A DNA stretch of 64,000 bases from Candidatus Poseidoniaceae archaeon (GTDB lineage: Archaea > Thermoplasmatota > Poseidoniia > Poseidoniales > Poseidoniaceae). The position numbers and the translations under genes are program-made. The stretch spans positions 3,350 through 67,349 of the forward strand of contig JAOMTZ010000006.1 in NCBI GenBank assembly GCA_028356125.1, read 5' to 3'. Below the pieces are notes generated by a model. That model had not been told where the DNA came from, ran no database searches, and saw only the letters and a program-made list of their open reading frames with translations. Of the stretch, positions 56,804-64,000 are shown in pieces (positions within the stretch are counted from its first letter, which is position 1; each line of letters opens with the position of its first letter).

Positions 56804-58498
56804 TTGTCTGCATCGATTAGCAGTAGAGATTGGTCTGAAGTGACAGACCAATCACTCCCCGAATCACTTGGTTCAGGTGGAGGTATTGATTTGCATAACC
56901 CCCTTGTAGGCTGGAAAGCATTCTCTGCAACTTTCAAAGTAATGTTTGTTGAAGAATTTAGGGAGAACCTGGATTTTGCAAAGAAAAGAAGAATCCTTCT
57001 ATTTCCTTTACTGGTAGCATTAGTGACAATGGTTGCTACAATCGGACTCCAGTTCTTAGTGGGGGAAGGTGCGGCTCAAGGAGCAGACTCATTGTCTGAT
57101 TCGAAGTCATTTTCTTGGGGAGACATGCGCATAGCTCTCCATCTACCATTGTTATTGTTTAGTTTAGGGATGGGATCATTCGCCTTCTTAGGTCGCGAGA
57201 AAGTTCTAGCAAGGACTGGGACCAAGAATTACATTTTGGCATCTCCTGCTCTACAACCTTTGACTAACCCTACTGCACATTTTGCTTACTACATGAAGGA
57301 TTTATCCTACTACGTAATGCTAATTCTGACTCCGGTAATTACCGGAATGGGTGTCGGGATTTTACTGGAGAGTTTCACCAATGTTAGCACGCCTCTAGAG
57401 TTCAGCAGTTTGCCTCGGACATGGATTGCAATGGTTGTAACATTGGCTCAAGGATTGGCTTTCTCATTCATAGCCTCATCTCTGTGGCTGCTTGGTGGCT
57501 GGGTAAGCCGCGTCACACCATTGGCAGTGATTGGGCTCGGGACTACAATTGGGCTTGGCATTATACCTAGAGAATATTTCCTCTGGGGGCTTGCAACACA
57601 GCAACCGGGTGGTATTCTATTGGCCGTTCCTGCCTTAGCAGTTTCAGTACTACTCGCTTGGATAGCATCGCAATTAATATTGGACGATTTCGAAGTAAAA
57701 GTCGTTTCAAAGAAAGAAATATTCCTTCCTGCATGGAATCGTTTAGGCTTCTTAGGAAACGGCCCTCTGAGATTACTAGTGGCAAAGGAAGCAGTAGATT
57801 TGATACGTTCAGGTTCATTGAAGAAAATGACAGTATCCTACTCTGTGCCTCTAGTCGTTCTCTTGCTAATGGCTTGGTTAGTTGACTTTGCAGAAGCGCC
57901 TATCCCAATCAATCTGCTCTCCTACGCTCCATTTTTGGGATTCTTTGGTTTCAACTTTTATTCATGGCTAACCGCGTTAGACTCTCCCGAACACATGAAT
58001 GGATTGCCTCTCAGTGTCCCTCAATTGATTAGAGCCAAAGTGACAGTGTATTTCCTAGCAACAACATGGATCTCTGTGATATTCCTATGTTTGATGGCTT
58101 GGAAGTTAGATGAATGGGCTGTTCTACCAGTTGGCTTAATCGTAATGATTGCGAATAGCATTTACATTGTTTGTCTAACAGCCTTCTTGATGGGTTTGGC
58201 TCCTAATAAAGCGATATTCGATGCTAAAATAATGACCTGGTTTTGGATAGGAACAGTAATTCCTCTACTTTCTTTATTCTTGCTTTCATTCACTCAAGGG
58301 GACGTATCATTTTACGAGAATTGGGCTGACCAAGTTGGCGATAGTGGATTGCAAGCAGAAGCTGTTGATTTCGACAATGCTAAAATGGCTGCAGGTTTCA
58401 AAGGTATTCTTTGGGTAAGTGTTGGCTTGGTGGGTGCTTCAATTATCTTGATGAAACTACTTGACCGCAAATGGGGAAGGGCAGAGTTCAACAATTGA
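56804..58498 (+). CDS. ABC-transporter-associated polytopic membrane protein (putative permease)
   Basis: 564 aa with many TM helices, 3 nt after the ATPase stop. The annotated start is TTG and uncertain. Confidence 0.5.
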   Translation: MSASISSRDWSEVTDQSLPESLGSGGGIDLHNPLVGWKAFSATFKVMFVEEFRENLDFAKKRRILLFPLLVALVTMVATIGLQFLVGEGAAQGADSLSDSKSFSWGDMRIALHLPLLLFSLGMGSFAFLGREKVLARTGTKNYILASPALQPLTNPTAHFAYYMKDLSYYVMLILTPVITGMGVGILLESFTNVSTPLEFSSLPRTWIAMVVTLAQGLAFSFIASSLWLLGGWVSRVTPLAVIGLGTTIGLGIIPREYFLWGLATQQPGGILLAVPALAVSVLLAWIASQLILDDFEVKVVSKKEIFLPAWNRLGFLGNGPLRLLVAKEAVDLIRSGSLKKMTVSYSVPLVVLLLMAWLVDFAEAPIPINLLSYAPFLGFFGFNFYSWLTALDSPEHMNGLPLSVPQLIRAKVTVYFLATTWISVIFLCLMAWKLDEWAVLPVGLIVMIANSIYIVCLTAFLMGLAPNKAIFDAKIMTWFWIGTVIPLLSLFLLSFTQGDVSFYENWADQVGDSGLQAEAVDFDNAKMAAGFKGILWVSVGLVGASIILMKLLDRKWGRAEFNN

Positions 58499-58516
58499 AA
58501 CCTTCCCGTTGCTAAT

Positions 58517-59062
58517 ATGGGACTCGTAATTGCAGTCAGCGGACTGCCTGCTGCTGGCAAAGGAGAGTTCGCAGCGATACTGGAATCTAGAGGCATTCCT
58601 GTCCGTTCAATGGGAGACATGGTTAGAGCTGAAGTCCGAGCACGAGGGATACCAGAGGCCCCACAAGTGTTTGGGGAAATCGCTACCAAATTGCGTGCTG
58701 AACATGGAGATGATGTGTTGGCGCATCGATTGACTGAGGCAGTGAATCATTTGTTGATAGATAATCCAATAGTCTTGATTGAAGGATTGAGGGGGACCGC
58801 TGAAAGAGAAGTTTTCGTAGATAGTTGGAACGACAAGTTCCTAGTTGTCGCTGTTACTGCATCTAAATCGTTGAGGTTCGAGAGAGTCCAATCCAGAGCA
58901 CGTTCCGAAGATGGCGATTTGTCCGATCTGGAAAAAAGAGACGCCAGAGAGGCGGGTTGGGGACTTGATGTTATCATTGCTGAAGCCGATATTACATTTC
59001 CAAATGAATCCAATCTCGAGGACTTAGAATCCAGTGTTTCGGCTTGGCTCAATACTCTGTGA
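58517..59062 (+). CDS. P-loop nucleotide/nucleoside kinase-like protein (adenylate/cytidylate kinase-related)
   Basis: IAVSGLPAAGKGE P-loop. 181 aa. Confidence 0.5.
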   Translation: MGLVIAVSGLPAAGKGEFAAILESRGIPVRSMGDMVRAEVRARGIPEAPQVFGEIATKLRAEHGDDVLAHRLTEAVNHLLIDNPIVLIEGLRGTAEREVFVDSWNDKFLVVAVTASKSLRFERVQSRARSEDGDLSDLEKRDAREAGWGLDVIIAEADITFPNESNLEDLESSVSAWLNTL

Positions 59063-59063
59063 G

Positions 59064-59079
59064 AGGGCCCGTAGGGCCC
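59064..59079. terminator. Hairpin agggccc-gta-gggccc(c)t
   Basis: GC stem with a tri-loop, 2 nt after the kinase stop and upstream of the pilus ATPase gene. Confidence 0.35.
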
Positions 59080-59142
59080 CTCACAATGGCGAAAGGTCAT
59101 AACCGAGGGTAACCGTGTCTTGGGTGTCAGGGGGTTCTACAT

Positions 59143-60666
59143 ATGGCAAAAAAAAGTGGAGGTGGCCAAAAGAGGCAGCGCAACCAACAACGTGCAATGT
59201 ACGATGAACTTGACAAGTATCCGGTTATGCCACCGCATGCTTTCGCTCGAATTGTCCGCGATAAGAGGACACTGAACATCATTTACCAAATTATTGAGCC
59301 TCCATTGAACAAGAAAGAGCAAGAATGGAGGGATGAACTGTTAGACATCTTCATCCGCTCACTAACTGCAGATATCGAAGAAATCGATGCGGATCCTACT
59401 GCTTATCTGCGAACTGCAATGGATAAAGTCATCAAAGCATATGGGCTTAAGATAAACAAAAAGTCGAAATCAAAGCTATTCTACTATCTCAGAAGAGATC
59501 TGGTGGGGTACGGTAAAATGGACGTTCTAATGAACGACGCCAACGTAGAAGACGTATCTCTCGACGGTACAAATGTACCAATTTTCGCTTACCATCGTAA
59601 GTTCGAATCAGTGGAAACAACCTGTGTTTGGGAAACTGACCATGAATTGGAATCATATGTTATCAAGTTGGCACAGCGATGTGGTAAGCACATTTCAGTT
59701 GCTGACCCGCTACTGGATGCTACCCTGATGGACGGTTCGAGAATTGTCATGAAGTTGGGCCGTGAAGTTTCTACTCGTGGTTCAGCATTCTGTATTCGAA
59801 GATTCAAAGACGACCCGTTTTCTCCTTGCGACATCATCGCTTTCCGAACATTATCATCATTGATGGGTGCATATCTTTGGGTCGCTTTCCAAAATGAAGT
59901 TCCAATGCTATTCGTAGGTGGTACTGCATCTGGAAAGACAACTACACTGAACGCAATGTGTATCTTTATTCCATGGCAGATGAAGATTGTAAGTATTGAA
60001 TCAACTCGTGAAGTAAACATTCCTCAACCAAACTGGGTTCCTGGTTTGACAAGACAAGGTTTCGGAGGAGAATCCAATGAAGGAGAAATCGGAGAATTCG
60101 AGTTGCTAAAGGCTGCTCTTCGTGAACGACCTGAATACATTATCGTGGGTGAAATCCGTGGTGCAGAGGCATATGTTCTGTTCCAGGCGATGGCTACAGG
60201 TCACTGTGCATACTCCACAGTGCACGCGGATTCAGTCGCTTCACTCGTTCACCGTCTTGAGAACAAACCAATTGACATACCTCGTGTTCTACTACCTGCT
60301 CTTGAAGCATGTGTTATTCAAATTCAGACCCGTATTAACGGCAGACGTGTAAGAAGAAGTAAACAAATCGTCGAGATTGTTGGTATTGATCCAAACTCAT
60401 TGGAAATAATTACCAACGAAGTATTCCGATGGAATGTAGCAAACGATGACTTCATCTTCTCTGGTAAGTCATACGTATTGGAGAAGATTATGGTTAAAAT
60501 CAATTATAGTCAAGATGAGATGCGTAGAGAGTTGAGGACAAGAAAGAGAATCCTTGAGTGGATGGTTCTGAATGATATACGAAAGGCTGACCAAGTTAGC
60601 CAGATAATCACTGAATACTATGTGCGCCCGCACGAGATTCTAGCACGTGTTGACGGTCTACGTTGA
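59143..60666 (+). CDS. Type II/IV secretion-family ATPase (FlaI/ArlI/TadA-like) of an archaeal type IV pilus
   Basis: Walker A GGTASGKTT, Asp/His boxes, 507 aa. Confidence 0.85.
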   Translation: MAKKSGGGQKRQRNQQRAMYDELDKYPVMPPHAFARIVRDKRTLNIIYQIIEPPLNKKEQEWRDELLDIFIRSLTADIEEIDADPTAYLRTAMDKVIKAYGLKINKKSKSKLFYYLRRDLVGYGKMDVLMNDANVEDVSLDGTNVPIFAYHRKFESVETTCVWETDHELESYVIKLAQRCGKHISVADPLLDATLMDGSRIVMKLGREVSTRGSAFCIRRFKDDPFSPCDIIAFRTLSSLMGAYLWVAFQNEVPMLFVGGTASGKTTTLNAMCIFIPWQMKIVSIESTREVNIPQPNWVPGLTRQGFGGESNEGEIGEFELLKAALRERPEYIIVGEIRGAEAYVLFQAMATGHCAYSTVHADSVASLVHRLENKPIDIPRVLLPALEACVIQIQTRINGRRVRRSKQIVEIVGIDPNSLEIITNEVFRWNVANDDFIFSGKSYVLEKIMVKINYSQDEMRRELRTRKRILEWMVLNDIRKADQVSQIITEYYVRPHEILARVDGLR

Positions 60667-60696
60667 TACAAATAATATGATATGGAGGTGTGATGA

Positions 60697-61716
60697 ATGG
60701 AATTAACTGCTTGGCAAAAAATCTGCCACAGAATTCTAGGCCGTGCTTTCAAGAAGCGAGCACGAAACGACAAAAAACTCTCTGATGATCTTGTCAAAGG
60801 GAACCTGCCGATAATGCCCGAAGTTTATCTGGCACAAGTTTTCGTAACTACCGTTGCTGTTGCGATTATCTGTGGTATGCTCCTTGGTGCAATATTCATG
60901 CCCGATATTGGTCTAATCGATTGGTATGAGTCCAGGCCCGATGTCTCATTCGCTCAGGCCTGCTATGAGTGGGAATATTGGAATGGAGACCTTGTTGATG
61001 AAACACTTGAGAGCAGAGGATGCCCATACTATCAGTACATGGAGTTCCCTATCTTCGCAAAGTTAGGACTTCCAATCGTTCTTGGGTTCTTAGTTCCATT
61101 TGGTACATTCAGATACCTGAAAGGCGCTGCCGCAAGAGCAGCTAAACTTCGTGGAGTCGCACTAGAGAAGTTCCTGCCATATGCTGCATCTTATACCGCT
61201 GCAATGGCTGCAGCAAATGCAACACCTCACAAGATTTTCAAATCTTTAGCACTGAATGGTGACATCTACGGAGAGATTGCTTACGACTCTGCAATGATTT
61301 ATCGAGACGTTTCATTATTAGGTTACGATCTTCTTACCGCTATGAAAATGGCTGTTGATAGAGCAGCGTCGCCGTGGATGACAGAGTTCTTCCAAGGAAT
61401 GGTCGGAACATTAACTGCTGGAGGTTCATTGAAATTGTATTTCTTAAATCGTGCTGAACACTACATGCGTGAGAACAGAACTAGGTTACACGAGTTCCTT
61501 GAATCATTAGCAATGTTAGCTGAATCATATGTTGTAGTGGCAGTTGCTATGCCTCTGTTCCTAATTGTTATGCTCGTAATTATGTTCTGGGTTAGCGGTG
61601 CAGGTGCACAAATGGAAGAGAGTACATTGTACTTGGTTGTGCTATTGGTGCTACCTATGATTCACGCAATGTTTGCTTTCATTGTATGGTCGTCTAGTGA
61701 AGAACAAAAAATGTGA
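60697..61716 (+). CDS. Type IV pilus platform protein, N-terminal half (FlaJ/TadB-like)
   Basis: Four TM helices flanking a cytoplasmic domain. Genomic context. Confidence 0.55.
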   Translation: MELTAWQKICHRILGRAFKKRARNDKKLSDDLVKGNLPIMPEVYLAQVFVTTVAVAIICGMLLGAIFMPDIGLIDWYESRPDVSFAQACYEWEYWNGDLVDETLESRGCPYYQYMEFPIFAKLGLPIVLGFLVPFGTFRYLKGAAARAAKLRGVALEKFLPYAASYTAAMAAANATPHKIFKSLALNGDIYGEIAYDSAMIYRDVSLLGYDLLTAMKMAVDRAASPWMTEFFQGMVGTLTAGGSLKLYFLNRAEHYMRENRTRLHEFLESLAMLAESYVVVAVAMPLFLIVMLVIMFWVSGAGAQMEESTLYLVVLLVLPMIHAMFAFIVWSSSEEQKM

Positions 61717-61731
61717 TCAGGAGGTGAGATA

Positions 61732-63243
61732 TTGGCACGCAAGAAGGAAAAAATTATTGTAAAACTCGACTTACCTAAAGACGATTCTACACTAACAAAG
61801 TTGTATGCTATACTCGCAGTTAGCATCTTCATGGGTTTGGCCTGCTTCGCATTCTGGTTGACAAACTCTCACTTTACCACTTCACCAAACGGGCAACCAC
61901 TTTTCGTTAACACCGTTTGTAAATATGACATGAATTACATTCCTACTTACACAGATAACGAATCTTGTTCGATTCTTAAAGACGAACCTGATTCATTAGT
62001 CATGAGCCCTGAAGATCCATGGACAGATTTCCTTACTCTAGGTCAGATGTTCGATGTACCTGGAATGGATGAAAATATTACCACTGCAGGTCCGCCTCAG
62101 CCACTCACTGGGACGTGTTCTGTTAGTACGGCAGTTCCTTCCGATTATTCATTCATTATTTACGACCCATATGGGAGTGAAATTACTCGGTACTCAGGTA
62201 ATACCAAGTCTAAGGATGACAACTGTGAGTTGTTCATTGCTGATATGGAAAGAGGAAACATGTATCAGTTGGTGATCTTATCTCAAGAGGAAGTACAAGA
62301 GGCGTCATACCGTTTAGAAATGGATTATTATGATGGCATTCCAGAGAATATGAATAACAAGTCCCAATGGATTGGACCAGAAGTAAACCTTGGTGGTTTT
62401 TCCTTCAGGCCAACAATCTTCCTCAATTTCTTTGGTTTAGGATTCTTCATAACATTCTGGCCGGCTTCATTCTATTGGGATAAAGTAAAGGAAAGGACCA
62501 ACAGAATGGAAGAGAAGTTCCCTGATTTCTTGAGAGATCTTGCTGAATACTGGAAAGGAGGTCTGTCCATGACAGTTGCAGTTCAGACGTTGGCGACGAG
62601 TGAATACGGTGCCCTGAATCACGAAGTTAAGAAAATGAGTGACCAACTTTCTTGGGGTGTAGCATTCGGCGACGTTATCGAAATGTTTGCTGTAAGAGTA
62701 GGTACTCCACTGGTAATGCGTGCGATTTCGTTAATATCTGAAGCAAATAGGGCAGGAGGTAAGATTTCTGATATCTTGGTAACTGCTGCAAATGACAGTC
62801 GAGAAATTAAGTTCCTTGAGGGTGAACGTAAACGTTCAATTTCATCTTATATTTCGGTTATTTGGACTTCGTACGGGGTTTTCCTAGGTGTTATTGTCGT
62901 ACTGGCTAAGGTTTTCATTCCAGCTATCGCAGGTTCAAACTCCGAACCTAGTGATGATGGAGACGCAGGAGGAGGCCAACAGTTGGGTAACATGGTTATC
63001 CGTAATATTGAGCCACTATTCTTCCTTACAATTTTCTATTATGGAGTAACTATGCAAGCCTTAGGTAATGGTTTGATGGCTGGATTGATGGCTACTGGCC
63101 GATTTACTAGCGGAATGAAGCACTCAGGAATGATGATTCTGATGGCAATGCTTTGTTTCAATATCATTGTATTTACTCCAGATCTGATTGGTATCACTAC
63201 CCTGCCTGCTCTGAAACCAGCAGCAGGAACGTTTACGCCATGA
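61732..63243 (+). CDS. Type IV pilus platform protein, C-terminal half (FlaJ/TadC-like) with a ~180-aa extracellular Cys-containing insert
   Basis: T2SS-F-like cytoplasmic domain (FPDFLRDLAEY...AVQTLA...) between TM helices. Confidence 0.6.
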   Translation: MARKKEKIIVKLDLPKDDSTLTKLYAILAVSIFMGLACFAFWLTNSHFTTSPNGQPLFVNTVCKYDMNYIPTYTDNESCSILKDEPDSLVMSPEDPWTDFLTLGQMFDVPGMDENITTAGPPQPLTGTCSVSTAVPSDYSFIIYDPYGSEITRYSGNTKSKDDNCELFIADMERGNMYQLVILSQEEVQEASYRLEMDYYDGIPENMNNKSQWIGPEVNLGGFSFRPTIFLNFFGLGFFITFWPASFYWDKVKERTNRMEEKFPDFLRDLAEYWKGGLSMTVAVQTLATSEYGALNHEVKKMSDQLSWGVAFGDVIEMFAVRVGTPLVMRAISLISEANRAGGKISDILVTAANDSREIKFLEGERKRSISSYISVIWTSYGVFLGVIVVLAKVFIPAIAGSNSEPSDDGDAGGGQQLGNMVIRNIEPLFFLTIFYYGVTMQALGNGLMAGLMATGRFTSGMKHSGMMILMAMLCFNIIVFTPDLIGITTLPALKPAAGTFTP

Positions 63244-63253
63244 GGTGGATTAA

Positions 63254-63691
63254 TTGCAGAATGATGAAAACGCCCAAATTCACATCCTTGAGATGCTGAC
63301 TTTGTTCTGGTTGTTTTTCATGACAGCGGCATTTCTTATCACAGTCCATGTTCCAGATGAAGTTAGTATTTCCATCGATGCAGAAATGCAATTCGCTGGA
63401 GAAGATGCGATAAACCTCGGAATGGGAACAAATGCTACAGATGTCGATTACGAATCTAGGCTAGCAGAACTTCTTGGAAGCGGTGAAAAAGATCAGGCCT
63501 GTGAGTTAGTTCAGAGTTATATCGCGACAGGAATCGAAGCGAACTGCTGGCTAGCCAAAGACTCAGGTACTTCACAACCTCATGGTGAGGTTGCAACACC
63601 AGGTTCTAGCACAGTAAATGCACATGGATTAATTGCCGTAGATGACCACATTTGGACGATAAGTCTCGATTTATGGGAGCGTGGCTCATGA
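63254..63691 (+). CDS. Putative minor pilin-like protein
   Basis: N-terminal hydrophobic helix after a short polar leader (NA|QIHILEML...). Context only. Confidence 0.3.
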   Translation: MQNDENAQIHILEMLTLFWLFFMTAAFLITVHVPDEVSISIDAEMQFAGEDAINLGMGTNATDVDYESRLAELLGSGEKDQACELVQSYIATGIEANCWLAKDSGTSQPHGEVATPGSSTVNAHGLIAVDDHIWTISLDLWERGS

Positions 63692-64000
63692 TGCGCTCTA
63701 GTGGTAAGGATGACAAGGGACAGATGCTATTGGCAACCGGCGTAGTTCTGATGATGTCTTTGCTATCAATGGCTATTTTTGGTGTTAAAATGGCTGGGAT
63801 TTCTATGCCATATGATTCTGCAGGAGATGACACAATCAAGGCGTCAGCTGAAGTTGCAAACAGTTTACCTTCGCTCACCGAAAGCCGTGCTCAAATATGG
63901 TATGACTCGGGGCTATCTGAATTTGAGAGTGTTGAGAAATCAATCAGTTCGCTGCATGACGATATTCTACACCACGGAGAGATTAGGGGTGTTGAATTGA
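63688..64000 (+). CDS. Class III (prepilin-type) signal peptide protein, partial (runs off the window)
   Basis: MMRSSGKDDKG|QMLLATGVVLMMSLLSMAIFGV has a KG-Q processing-site-like motif followed by a hydrophobic helix. ATG overlaps the preceding stop (ATGA). No stop before 64000. Confidence 0.45.
   Translation, partial: MMRSSGKDDKGQMLLATGVVLMMSLLSMAIFGVKMAGISMPYDSAGDDTIKASAEVANSLPSLTESRAQIWYDSGLSEFESVEKSISSLHDDILHHGEIRGVEL

Noticed and set aside
1-64000. CRISPR arrays, rRNA or tRNA genes
   Set aside because: There are no regularly spaced direct repeats with unique spacers. No intergenic region is long enough or shows cloverleaf or rRNA-like features.

Overview
This 64-kb window reads as a gene-dense archaeal chromosome segment (~45% GC by eye, genes nearly back to back). 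Archaeal informational markers (ribosomal protein S8e, SRP19, the Bud32 kinase, deoxyhypusine synthase, Cdc48/VCP, geranylgeranyl reductase) are mixed with bacterial-like metabolic genes. These include a succinate dehydrogenase sdhCAB cluster, a biotin-dependent acyl-CoA carboxylase cluster with two crotonases, an aldehyde dehydrogenase, a UbiD/UbiA pair, UvrB and NadA. My guess, with low confidence, is a planktonic euryarchaeon of the Marine Group II/Poseidoniales type. No rRNA, tRNA or CRISPR array is recognisable.

The regions that are not ordinary are these:
- A low-GC two-gene cassette at 42.8-44.3 kb, made of a GIY-YIG-like nuclease and an unknown partner, is bracketed by short direct repeats. 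It may be a mobile or defence island.
- A family of GC-rich tri-loop hairpins (consensus near GCCCCC-TAY-GGGGGC) sits at several gene boundaries.
- A Cdc48 / PRC-barrel / DUF58 / membrane-protein operon resembles MoxR-DUF58 operons, but with Cdc48 in place of MoxR.
- A cluster of secreted and membrane proteins at 15.6-19.7 kb includes a SAP-domain membrane protein and a collagen-like GPx repeat.
- A Mrp/NBP35-family ATPase that contains no cysteine at all sits next to a cysteine-containing DUF971 protein.
- An archaeal type IV pilus-like locus at 59-64 kb has a FlaI/TadA-type ATPase, a split FlaJ/TadC platform with an extracellular insert, and pilin-like proteins running off the window edge.

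All calls come from reading the supplied ORF translations and the DNA by eye. No database searches were run.
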